NCBI GenBank assembly: GCA_964019425.1
Contig: OZ025798.1
Span: forward strand, 496,001 to 560,000
Direction of reading: 5' to 3'
Source of the DNA: Flectonema sp. DT1601
Lineage: Eukaryota
DNA: 64,000 nucleotides
Shown here: one piece after another, positions 46,124 through 57,360 of the stretch
Position numbering within the stretch: the first letter of the stretch is position 1
Layout: every line of letters starts with the position of its first letter
Translations under genes and position numbers: made by a program
The notes under the pieces: model-generated
What the model was told of the DNA's origin: nothing
Seen by the model: the letters and a program-made list of their open reading frames with translations, nothing else
Database searches by the model: none

Positions 46124-47506
46124 CTAAGAATGGTTGTCGTCGATTTTAATTGGATCTCGCTCCCATAAACTTACATTAAGAGATCTATGATGAAGCAATA
46201 GAGTTGTTTGCAATGCAATGATCTCTTCCAAAGCGATGTGACCTCCATCCCAAAACATTCCAATATGTCCCTTGCGAACAGCCTCAACATCTGACGGATT
46301 TAAAATCCCAGAAGAGTGTCCTTGTGATGAAAGCCTGTCCGCAATAGTCAACATTCCATAATTTTCAACCAGTAGGACGGGTGTTTTTAAATTTTTTTCC
46401 GTTGCGAATACGGTTTCAAATTCAGAGTAATTATCATCTCCGAAAGTTGGCAGAGAAACGATCACAACATCGAATTCAAAATCAGTTTTTGAAAGTACTT
46501 CAGCGAGTGTTTCAGCCCAAAGTTGTGGAACAGCTTTGAATTTTCCTTTGAATTCTCCACACCCAATAGCACACAGAACAGGATACTGGATCTTAGCCTT
46601 AGACATTACTGCTAATGTGTGATACCATATTTGTGACATTCTTGATTTTACTTCTTGGATTTTAAGAACCCTTTTCCTGCTGGTGGAGTTCTTGGGTTCT
46701 GTAAACGCACTCATGTCAGCAGTGGAATAAGAAAAATTAATACCAGGAATACTGCAACAGTGAATCGTTGATCCTTTTGCCTGTAAATTATAACAACTAT
46801 CATACGTAACATAAACGGGACCTGAGACCATTAATAGTTGAGAGTCGACTTGTTCATCATCAGTGAGGTCGTGTCCGAAAGGTAGTATAGTTGGTTGTGT
46901 ATCCGTTGATAGGGTTGTTATTATCGTTTTGTCCATTAATGACTTTATCTCTGTTCCCGACAATGAAAAATTCGGATGCAAAGGATACTTTATCGAGGGG
47001 ATAATTTTATACTTTTTAGGAAAAACAATGTCGAAACCATCACCCTTTTGAACCCTACCCATCGATTTTAAAAAATTCCTCACATTTCCAACCATCTTGT
47101 CCGCTGCTGAATTCAGTGACATCCTCGCTATGCTGGGTGTGTTTTTTAATAAGTCACTCAACACGTCAACTGATTCCGTCGTTAATAAATTAGATGCGAA
47201 TATCACTGCCTGGATACTAACAGGTATCTGTAGAGTAGCCACCTGTTGTTTTAATCTTTTTAATTTCGGTGGAGAGAGTGATCTAGCACGTCTCAATTTT
47301 TTTCCACTTATTCTTCGGACCCTTACTTCAGATGTGCTACCTGAGTTGATCGCTGTCATATTGGATATGTCTATGGTCCATTTTCCTTGTTTTAAATTAT
47401 CTTTCCCTTCCTCTTTCGCAGTCTCTAATCTCTTTGACTGCAATTCTGTAAAACTCACCCACTTGGGTGATTTTACAGTTGACCAGCGAAACCAGGCAAC
47501 CGACAT
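46124..47506 (-). CDS. WWE domain plus macrodomain-like (PARG-like) ADP-ribose-processing protein
   Basis: N-terminal WWE-like WFRW...WVSF...LE...WTIDISNMTAIN..VRVRR. C-terminal VLCAIGCGEFKG and ILNPSD...GMFWDGGHIALEE. Confidence 0.65.
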   Translation of the reverse strand: MSVAWFRWSTVKSPKWVSFTELQSKRLETAKEEGKDNLKQGKWTIDISNMTAINSGSTSEVRVRRISGKKLRRARSLSPPKLKRLKQQVATLQIPVSIQAVIFASNLLTTESVDVLSDLLKNTPSIARMSLNSAADKMVGNVRNFLKSMGRVQKGDGFDIVFPKKYKIIPSIKYPLHPNFSLSGTEIKSLMDKTIITTLSTDTQPTILPFGHDLTDDEQVDSQLLMVSGPVYVTYDSCYNLQAKGSTIHCCSIPGINFSYSTADMSAFTEPKNSTSRKRVLKIQEVKSRMSQIWYHTLAVMSKAKIQYPVLCAIGCGEFKGKFKAVPQLWAETLAEVLSKTDFEFDVVIVSLPTFGDDNYSEFETVFATEKNLKTPVLLVENYGMLTIADRLSSQGHSSGILNPSDVEAVRKGHIGMFWDGGHIALEEIIALQTTLLLHHRSLNVSLWERDPIKIDDNHS

Positions 47507-47758
47507 TTAGAGAACTGTGTTGGGAGGCAAAAATATATTTAGTCGAAAGAAGACGAAAAACTCTAATATGGGGGAAAAAATATATATATCCTCAAAGAGA
47601 TAAAAAATTCACTCTCTCTTTTCTCGCGTGGATAGACCACTTCGACTGTTGAAAAGAATATCGTAGCGGATATTTTTTTATCAGAGGTTTTTTTTTTTTT
47701 TTTTTTTTTGGGAGCGGTAATTACATTTTATATGTAAATCAAAAAGCAACATAAACCA

Positions 47759-48556
47759 TCAGTTGTTAGCGTTTACAGCAGCCAACAATCCTTCCCTAAT
47801 ACTATTAATTGGATCGATGTAGTTGACATAATATGATGGTAACCACAATCTGTGAAGTAATTGTCGTATGAACCAAGGCAACTTTGAATCAAATGCGTCA
47901 CGTCTCTCAGGACTTGCCCAACTACCAAGAGAATGCATGATGTGAGGCAATACTCTTGTTGTTTGTTGTAAAGTATAGGCTGAATGTGACTCTTTTACGG
48001 CGGCTTTCCATTCATCTTCAGTGAATGAGGTACCGAACATTGGTCTGAAACGTGTTTCTTCCTCATCGAAATGGATTTGGAGAAGATTAGTGAGTTCGTA
48101 AAGCTTTCCATCAGAGAACAATAATTCCTCCGCATCCATCGAAAGAAGAACTTCAATCTGGTGGTGATCATCGATAAGGTTTCTCTCTTCTGCAATTGAT
48201 TCTCTTTTTGAATTAAAAAATTTAAAGAAATAGTCATCTTCTGACTTTGCATGCAAACCCAACTGTTCTGAGAATAGTGAGAACCAAGAGACTAGTTGCT
48301 GGTTAAGAGAATTAGATACTTTTCGGTTTGATTTTGAAAGCAAGTTGTCGAACTCCATTAACAATTCAATATCCCTTCTGATAGGTTCATGTGGAATTAG
48401 ATAACCCTCATTCTCCCATCCTTCCGTTGATGTTATTATTTTCGATCTTAATTTATGCTCAACATTTCTAAATAACGTATACGGAAACAAGTAGTCAACC
48501 ACAGCTGCTAATAACACCACTGTCGGTGGTAACAATAAAAGACTACTTTTGCGCAT
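47759..48556 (-). CDS. Membrane-anchored hemerythrin-like (HHE cation-binding) protein
   Basis: ATG 48556 MRKSSLLLL plus a hydrophobic helix; HEPIRRD, HAKSEDDYFF, DHHQIE and HFDEEE motifs. Confidence 0.8.
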   Translation of the reverse strand: MRKSSLLLLPPTVVLLAAVVDYLFPYTLFRNVEHKLRSKIITSTEGWENEGYLIPHEPIRRDIELLMEFDNLLSKSNRKVSNSLNQQLVSWFSLFSEQLGLHAKSEDDYFFKFFNSKRESIAEERNLIDDHHQIEVLLSMDAEELLFSDGKLYELTNLLQIHFDEEETRFRPMFGTSFTEDEWKAAVKESHSAYTLQQTTRVLPHIMHSLGSWASPERRDAFDSKLPWFIRQLLHRLWLPSYYVNYIDPINSIREGLLAAVNANN

Positions 48557-48792
48557 GGTGTAAAACTTGGGGGGGGAGGAATGAAATAATAATAAATTGA
48601 CAAACAATCTTCCTTACACTGAAATACAATCAGGTGGCCATCACTAAGCTGTATGGCTGAATAACAAGAAGTAAGTTAAGCCCAAGTAACATTCTGATGA
48701 ATTTAGAAGTAAATAAAACACTTTCTTATCGTAGCGTTTTATGATCTTAAAGAACACTATCACTACATCGATGGAATCTGTTGGTCAGATTT

Positions 48793-50376
48793 TTATGATT
48801 CTTCGGTGTCAGTAATGGACCTGTAGCGAATCTTTTGTCCTGCTGGTAACAATGACTGCGTAGCTAGCTGACTTATAGGACAGGTTGACATGATGAGTTG
48901 TTTTATCGTCTCAGAATTTACATCCTCCCGTGGGATACCTCCAAAGCTGCGTAGCCCCTGATCAAAGATACTAAATGAAGTTAGCAAGTCTTCATTGACA
49001 ACAGATGCTTCACGTTCTTCAGTATCTGTTGTGTTATCCGCTTCATTGTCGATTGTTTCGGCTGCGAGGTCTTCGGCAGTCCACTGTTTTGAGATGTTTT
49101 ATAGCGAATAGTGGTACCATAGAAAGGAGTTAGTTTAGATTTGTGCGCATATGATGCATGATATGAATTACAAGAAAATTTATAAAAAAAAAAGGGAAAT
49201 ACCTCCTCTTGGATCTCTTTGATCTTATCTTCCTTTTCCTTTTTGCGAGTTTCAGCAGCCTCGGCAATTTCATCTTCTGTTAGACCTGTTTGTTTTTTTT
49301 TTGTTTTTTTTGTGACAAGACAACGACTCACAATGAAGACTGTGACTCAAACCTTGATCATCTTCCTTCCAGGTTAGTTCCATGGATTCGATTAGCTCCT
49401 TCAATAAGATATCTCTGTTTTCTGTTTTTTGACGTTTTAGGTTGCTGCGAGTCTTCTCGCGTTCCTCATGAGCCTTTCTTTTTGTTGCTTGTCTAAGTAG
49501 TTTTCCAGAATGTTTGGTTAGTCCAGATAAGATTTCCTCACCAGCTTTTAATGTTATCCACTCTCGGAACATTTCACCGATGAATGGTTGCTGCCAGTGA
49601 TCAGTCTTTAAAGAATCGGTTAAACGTTTGAGTGAAACTTTAACTGGTATCGCGAAAGGCTTTATTTCTGTCTTCTCTTTAGTAACTGTTTCCTTGACAG
49701 TCTTTTTAACAATTTTAGTAGTTGTGGTTGGCTCACCTCCTTCCTCTGTTGCTGGAACTTCTTCTTCGACTTCTTCTTCAATTTCCTTGTCGACTTCCAG
49801 TGTTTCTGTTGTAGTAGTTGACCAACGTTGTTGTGATACCTCATACGATGCATTAGATTCCCAAAGCATTGGAATGACGTAAACAGTTTTGGTACCATTG
49901 CTGGAAAAAGTTGCAAATTTTATCCAGTTGCTTGTCTCAAGTCCAGACAGGTCAAGGTTTGCTTGGCTCGACAAGTATCGTCTGGCAGCATTTAACTGAG
50001 TCTCGAAGTCATCGGTGTCCTCACCGTCAACGTCAGAATCAACAAATCCACCAAAGAAAGCATTCTTTGATCCTCCTGGTTTTGTCATCACTACTTGACA
50101 TGTGTGAATCATAAAGCGAGTTGATACCTTTGGGAGTCGGAGTAGAATCACTCTTATCTCAACATCACTTTCTTCTCCGTGAGTGATTTCTGAATTTTGA
50201 GGTTCTTGTTCTTTAGTGTTTAAGTTTAAATTAGAAGACCCTGTCCAAGGCAGTCTATCGACATCAATCCAGTCAGCTGAAATCGATCTTAAGTTTTCAT
50301 CAATTTCTAAGGTTGGGTATCTGGCCATGAGTTCAGATACCGTTCTGAGTTTCGTATTAACGTCGAACCTCATCAT
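48793..50376 (-). CDS. DBC1/CCAR1-like protein; 3 exons (50376-49353, 49285-49203, 49083-48793)
   Basis: ELMARYPTL..W and FFGGFVDSDVDGED...AARRYLSSQANLDLS..WIKF resemble the DBC1 domain. Introns 49286..49352 and 49084..49202 join the ORFs in frame (DDQG|LTEDE; IQEE|WTAED). Confidence 0.7.
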
Positions 50377-50821
50377 TACGTAGTTTGGTCCTGAATGGTT
50401 GTTATTAAAACATTATAAGTGGGATACATAGCTGCAGTAATCTTTTTTTTTTTTTCTCAGAAAACAACTAAAAAGAATTCGAATTATCTCCCGTGGATAA
50501 TTGGTTATTATGCCAAGAAGAGATGTCGGGAGAGGAGGTTTCACGCCATGCATGGACGCGAGAAAATTGTTTTTTTTTTTTTTTCACTTAGCGACGTAAC
50601 AAAGCAAATCGGACAATGGTACTGCTCAATTTGTGTGCTTTTCTTAATACCAAGTGAAAAATTTGACACTTTCACATGCGGTCAAATGGGGTGCGAAGAA
50701 CGGGAGGGGAAATTCTGTGTCTTCAACTTTTTTTTTTTTTTTTTTTTTTTCCTTCCTTATTTTGCTTTTTTTTTTTTTTTCTTTTCGCAAAATTGATGCA
50801 AGATAAAACACTACCGAAAGC

Positions 50822-52227
50822 CTAACATCTTGTGAAGACAGCGGCGGCACCCATACCGGTACCAATGCACATGGAGACTACACCAGTGTTCTTACCTGTG
50901 TCCTGAAGATGGTTCAACAAGGTAACGGTGGCACGAGTTCCAGTGCATCCCAGAGGGTGACCAAGAGCGATGGCTCCACCAAGTGGGTTAACCTTGGTCT
51001 CATCAAGTCCAAGCTTGTCCATGCAGTACACGGCCTGGGAAGCAAACGCCTCGTTAAGTTCGAAGGCATCGACATCGTTCTTGGAAATTCCGACCCTGTT
51101 TGGTTTTTACTTTGATGACGACAGCAATCTTTAATGAGGTCCATAAATAATAAAAACACATACTGCTCAAGAACAGCTGGGATGGCGAAGGCTGGTCCAA
51201 CTCCCATCACCTTTGGTGGAACTCCCTTTACGGCGAATCCACGGAAGACTCCAAGGATCTGTTTGTTGTTCGGTTTGGGTTACGAGAAACATGAAAAGAA
51301 TAACAACCAACTACCCCTATCACTTAAATAGTATAAAATGCATACAGGAAGACCCTTCTCGGCGGCGGTGGATCTCTTGCACATGATGACAGCGGCAGCT
51401 CCGTCAGTGGTCTGGGAGGAGTTTCCGGCGTGGGAGCATCCATCGGCAGCGAATGAAGGCTTCAACTTCTGGAGACCCTCAAGGGTGGTGGCACGTGGAC
51501 CTTCGTCCTTGGAGACGGTGACCTTAACAGTCTTACCTTCAGCGTTCTTTACCTTAACGGTGATTGGAGTGATCTCCTTGTCGAACTTTCCGTTCTGTTG
51601 AGCAGCAAGAGCCTTCTGGTAAGACTTAAGAGCGAACTTGTCCTGAACCTCACGGGTGATTCCGTAGGCCTTGGCAACGTTCTCTGAAGTAACACCCATA
51701 GGGGTGAGACAGTCACGAACAAGTTGGGATTCTCCAAGACGTCCTGAAAGATCACCGATCTTTGGTGGTCCCTTCTTGGCACCAGCGGTCATGGATTCAA
51801 CTCCAGCAGCGACACCGACCTTGATGAATCCAGCGTTGATTGCAGCGGCAGTGTGGGCGATGGTCTGAAGACCACTGCTGCACTGTCTGTTAACAGAGTG
51901 AACTGATGACTCCTGTGGAAGACCAGCCAACAACATAGCAAGTCTTCCCTGAAGGGCACCAGCACCGTCCATACCAACGTTTCCAACTGCAACATCATCG
52001 ATGTCAGCTGGCTTTACTCCGGCACGTTCAACAGCGGCCTTGATACAAACAGCCAACATATCAGCACAAGCGGTGTCCTTCATGGCACCCTTTCTTGCCT
52101 TGGTCATTGGAGTTCTTGCTCCGGAGACGATAACAATGTCATCTCCACTTGCTGCCTTACATGGGGAGGCTCTCTTCATCTCTGGGACACCCATGGCAAG
52201 GGTCTGAAGTCTGTTAAGGGAAGTCAT
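50822..52227 (-). CDS. ACAA1: 3-ketoacyl-CoA thiolase (peroxisomal ACAA1/POT1 type); 3 exons (52227-51346, 51258-51164, 51095-50822)
   Basis: VNRQCSSGLQ, AGNSSQTTDGAAA, MGVGPAFAIP, FELNEAFASQA, NPLGGAIALGHPLGCTG, VSMCIGTGMGAA. Confidence 0.94.
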
Positions 52228-52599
52228 TGTTTGATAAGAGTTTTGGGGGATAAAGAATAAGTCCTGTTGAGAGAATGATACGATTACCACTAACTAACCG
52301 ACGCTACACAATTCCCTTCCCTCAGCAAACTGCATTAACTTCTTACGTAGTTAAAATGCAATACCATTTATAATTAATTACCAACAAAGAAAATGTCATT
52401 TCTTTTTCTTTTTTTATCTATGAGACCCTCACTGGTAAGACGTAGATTCTAAAACTGGAAACAGATGCCATGAAATCGGGGAAAGAAGAAAGAAAAAAGA
52501 AAAAAAAGTGATCATTATCAAGTGTGTCAAGTATAATAAAGAACGGGAAGCCACTAGACGAGATGAAGCTTCCTTACTTTTGACGGTTAATAAAAAAAA

Positions 52600-52634
<35 letters not shown>

Positions 52635-53556
52635 ATAAGACGTGTGTATTTAAAGAAAAAGAGAGAAAGAAAAAAAAACTATTCAAAACCACAAATTTCG
52701 AAAACACAAAAGTTTTCGGGAAAGAAAAAAAAAAGTGTTTTTGTGCCGTGAGTGTGGCGCCTCGAAATCAACCCATACGGGCTCTTTAAAAAAATGGCTG
52801 GAAAAAAAATATATGCTCACCATTTGGTAGCGCATTTTTCTGCCTTCCCAATCCTGACTTTATTACGTGCAGGATTTATATCATAATTATGCGTTTCTTG
52901 CGCAACAGTGGTTAGTATATGAGATTATTAAAAAAATACATTTGAGAAAAAATAAGATAAGTGGAAAACATTAAATAAATTGTTCTGCTGTTCCGTATAA
53001 CACCGTGGAAAACGTAGTTGGTTCAGTCCATAATCTTATACTACTTGTCCCTTTTTTTTGGGACCTTATTCTAAATTTCTTGTAAATCAGTTTTCAAAAG
53101 TGGTTCCTAACGTAAGAACCGTTATTATCCATCAGAGCTCCCCAAGACAGACAAGCATAAGTTTTGTCTAACTAAGTAGTTGTATCTCTTTCGGGGTGCG
53201 GCGCGTTTAACCACAAGTCCCTTTACACTTCCTTCTGAACTGAAATTATCCATCATGAGTAGATGGATAGACAGAGAGATAAAGAGGTCCACTACATTAC
53301 ATATTGTGTATTCATCACTAATGCTAAGCTACAGAACTACGAGTGACAACAACAACGTTCGTAGACTCAAATCTTGTTAGGATTGTTATGGAAGAGCATG
53401 ACTAGTTGGATTGGTGCAAACAATTTTTTTATGTTTGTGGTTTTAAAAAAAAAAAAAAAAAAAATAGTAATAATAATCACCCAGAATATGTCATGGGTTA
53501 AGTAATTATAACAGTGGGCATTATTAATTATAATTCACTTGTTGAAATATAAATTT

Positions 53557-53598
<42 letters not shown>

Positions 53599-54461
53599 AC
53601 GTCTACCAACAGCAAGCATATTAACCTACTGCTATAAATTGACTCGTTTAGAAAACGTTAAATTTATTAAATACAACAACGCTTTTGAAGAAAGAAAAAA
53701 AAAAATCGGTGTTTTGATTTATAAAGCAAATACTCCGAGATTACAAGATTCAAAAAGAGAACAAAAAGAGGAGGGTTGGTAAATTGGCACACTACTTATT
53801 GTTATTAAAAAAACAAAACAAAAAAAGAGCACAATCATGCACCACGTAACCAACTGGTGCAACATAAAGTACCCAATCGTTCGCGAAACACCCACAGTAT
53901 TATACAGGTGATTCATTCAAGTTTATAAAATTTAATACAAAAAAAAAAAAAAAAAAAAAAGGGAAAAAGAGTAAGGACACGAACGTAGTACGTTGTGGGT
54001 AGTACGAACCGGTGTCAATATAAACTTAGAGAAAATGCAAATAAGCCGCTATCATAAGAAAAACTATAACACTGACTACAACAAAGACACAAATATGTGT
54101 AACAACGTGAGACAGTTAGTTGTTGGACATGTTTTTGGATTATTTGTTAGTTGGTAGTATCGCAAAAAGAAAAAGAAAAAGGAAACTAACAAAAAAAATA
54201 AAAATAAAAATTGATTCCACTCTTCAATCCTCTCCCCTCCCCATTTTTTTTTTAAAAAAACAGAACCATATCTGCCTAACAGCACTGCCGCAACAACGTG
54301 TGTTGGGTTGTGATAAAAGTAGGACACTAAAATTGAATACACCAATTGGCGAGAACTACGAAAATCTAAAAAAAAAAAAGAAAAAATGCTGTACCAAGAC
54401 ACCACAGAAGGATTAATAAGGAATTTAATCAACGTTACTGTACATTATGAGTACCCTTAAA

Positions 54462-54530
54462 GGGTAACTCACACCAACAGAGGACCCAATCCGTAGCCGT
54501 TTCCGAAGACTCAGCAATGGATTGTTGAAT
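54462..54530. repeat. Dispersed repeat family D, copy 1
   Basis: ggtaactca...aacagaggacccaatccgtagcc-t-tccgaaga...atggat also occurs at about 57295..57360. Confidence 0.75.
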
Positions 54531-55099
54531 TACCTTCAGGGGGTAACCCGCAGCGGAGTCTATAGACAGAGAAACGTCAACTATTATGATACAAAAAAAA
54601 GAAATGAAAGAAAAAGAAAGAAAGGAGAGAAGGGAATAAAAAAAAAAAAAAAAAAAAACACGCGAGGCAATAGCATTAGTGGATCAAAAATGGTTTCGAT
54701 TTTTATTATATACCAACCGTATTGTAATGGTGATGACTTAACCTAAGCAACTATATAGCAACGCGGTTACTACTAATCAGAGTTTGATATAACACAAAAG
54801 AAAAGGAAACAAGAACAAGAACAAGAGTATATATAACATCATGTGTAATAAAGTGAAGTCTAAAAAATAATACTAAGGAGCGGAGTGGAAACACAATAAA
54901 GTCGGCTGAAGAGCTAACTCTTAACAACCGAAGAATACAATAAATAATTAAACAATAATATAATTGGTTAATGGAAAGGCATAAAGCCAAAAAAAGAAGA
55001 ACGGGAAAAAAAAAAAAAGATAACACTGACATGAATTTGCTTAGTCGATTTGTCTAGCTCATGACAGGTAAATAAGTAAAAAACAGCTCATCAATATAG

Positions 55100-55978
55100 T
55101 TACGTCATACTCCAAGGTGGTATTATTTTTAAATCACTTTTGTAACGATCAGTACACTCTCTGCAACATTTCTGACCAAACGTGTATCCCTTAAGAGATT
55201 GATTCGATGAGCAAGATCCACAAGTTAGTATCCCACAAACACGACAGTGGTGTCTTCTATTGAAAAGGCTCCAAGAACGATTACACAGCATGCAAGCAGA
55301 TGAGGCAGAGTTCGGAACCCATGCGACTGCGACTCTGGGGCCAAATAGATATTCAGATATGCGATTTATGCCTTTTGGATGAGTACCTGAAACTAATACT
55401 GCCGGATGCATAATCCACCTCCCACTTATAGTCGGTCGTGTTGTTGGTTGTAAATGAGATCTATTTCCTCGATTAGGACGACTTGAACTACAATGAGGAG
55501 GACTACTACACCTGGTAATACTTCCACTCTCAAATGATGATAACGAATCCATTGACGGATCGTCTTTTTTACGACATCTGACCACAGAGAATAAACACTT
55601 TGGACAAGTACCTTTCTCCTTAACCCATGGGAATACACAATCAGCATGGAATCTGTGAATGCAAGGTAAGACAGTGACAGATCTATCCCCTCCCAACATC
55701 TCAAAGCAAATTAAACAACACTTTCCATCATCTGCTTCAGGGTCACTTGATGATGATGAGTTGCTTGTCACAGCTTTGAGTGGTTCTGGTACTCTAAAAA
55801 CGGGAAAATTCTTAACACTTGACCGACTCCGTCTGGCATACCGCCATGCCGCTTCGTCACTATACTTGTCGTGAAGATATAAACAACTATCACCATCAGG
55901 ACAACATCCCGTTGTAAAATGATACCTACATGGTACGTTACTCAATGGGCCACTCTCAGCTGGAGCAGTGTTTGCCAT
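55100..55978 (-). CDS. CCCH zinc finger, RING-H2 and FYVE domain protein (putative E3 ligase)
   Basis: CRYHFTTGCCPDGDSCLYLH; CLICFE...LPCIHRFHADCVFPWVKEKGTCPKC; WVPN..CMLC...RRHHCRVCG..CGSCS..CRECT. Confidence 0.9.
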   Translation of the reverse strand: MANTAPAESGPLSNVPCRYHFTTGCCPDGDSCLYLHDKYSDEAAWRYARRSRSSVKNFPVFRVPEPLKAVTSNSSSSSDPEADDGKCCLICFEMLGGDRSVTVLPCIHRFHADCVFPWVKEKGTCPKCLFSVVRCRKKDDPSMDSLSSFESGSITRCSSPPHCSSSRPNRGNRSHLQPTTRPTISGRWIMHPAVLVSGTHPKGINRISEYLFGPRVAVAWVPNSASSACMLCNRSWSLFNRRHHCRVCGILTCGSCSSNQSLKGYTFGQKCCRECTDRYKSDLKIIPPWSMT

Positions 55979-57294
55979 GTGCTGTTATAAGAAATTAATT
56001 AAACAAACTTAACTACATTTCGGGGAAGTCGTGACTCTCACAGGCTCTAAGAGACCTTAATTGACTAGATTTACATAACAATATCCGTGAGTTGTTGAAA
56101 CATGTAAGGGGGACACTGTGGTGTCAGGCCTGTCCTACTCATCGCGTTTGCCCTTCTCAGCCAAGGGACCACATCAACATGGTTATTTCTTTTACCATAT
56201 AACACAGTCCCCCAAGATAAATATCAGTGAACGCGGGATACCAACAAAATGAGTGGGGCTGAGTTATGTTTATGGGGGATGAATAATAAAAAAAATAAAA
56301 AGGTTTCCACTCATGCTCAGACAGTACTCTATAGAGGTGTCCGAGTCTCATGGCACCGCCAGACGTACAAAGACGTTTCTTTCGGCACCCGGGTGCAGTA
56401 TTGTCGCACAAGACCAGAGCCACTGGTACCCTAAGCGAGCCACACATGGTAGTGACCAGAGTTAGTATTAATGAAACATGTGAAGTTAACTTAAGAAAGA
56501 AATACTAAAACAGAATGGTAACATCAACGCAGCTACAGATATTTTAATCACAACCAACAAACTGAATTCCACATGTGCGTGGCGCAAGAAAGTAGCATGC
56601 GAAGAGCTTTGATTCGTAAATAACAAACATGAGAATATGAAACACAAGTATGTTTTTAACTCAGTACTTTGCAGCAATGAGATTCTTCCGAACAGCAATA
56701 ACTAATTTTCCACTAAAACACTCTTTTCAGATATTCTGTAAAATGATAATAGTTAAGTGGAGTTATCACAAGTAAATAAAATAGACAAAAGGAAAAACAA
56801 AAAAAGGAGGGGGAAAAATCCATTAAATACATGATTATATCACACATTACTCATGAGAAAGTAAACCAAAAGAGCATTTGGGAGGGGAGCATGCAGATTA
56901 TATTTCTGGATTTCAATAATTAAAAATCGAAAATAACTTTGTAAGGAGAAAACTAGGTCAACTCCAAAGAACTACAAAGCAACAGCAACGTAAGTATAAA
57001 TAGGGAGAGGAAAAAACAGAAGAGAAGTGTAATACAAGACACTGAACATACAAGATGCACAGTTAAACGGACATATATCTTCACAAATCTACTGAGACAT
57101 GCAGGTATTGCATTTTATTCTGTTCAACTATTGATGTACTTCATCAAAACTAATCAATGAAGACAATAAGAACATTTATGATCTGCCGATAAAAAATAAT
57201 AATAATTGGAGTCTACCCTTTTTTAACTAAAAAGGAGAGAACATTTTGAATTCAGGAAATCCAAAACCTCCGAGGGAAGCTCACAGTGTACCTA

Positions 57295-57360
57295 GGTAAC
57301 TCATTGTAACAGAGGACCCAATCCGTAGCCATATCCGAAGATTCTGCATGGATCGTTAAA
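57295..57360. repeat. Dispersed repeat family D, copy 2
   Basis: Matches 54462..54530. Confidence 0.75.

Noticed and set aside
40637..48556. ALDH, PhzE, WWE-macro and hemerythrin as a phenazine biosynthetic gene cluster
   Set aside because: No other phz or trp genes are present, and co-orientation is uninformative because all genes here share a strand.
50391..50553. Possible extra first exon of the DBC1-like gene (ATG 50553, MHGVKPPLPTSLLG) joined through a GC-AG intron 50391..50513
   Set aside because: The frame fits, but the donor GCATAA is weak and the AG at 50391 could equally be the trans-splice acceptor. This needs RNA-seq.
52186..52212. PTS2 peroxisomal signal in the thiolase (RLQTLAMGV)
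   Set aside because: It starts like PTS2 but lacks the terminal H/Q-L, so it cannot be called.
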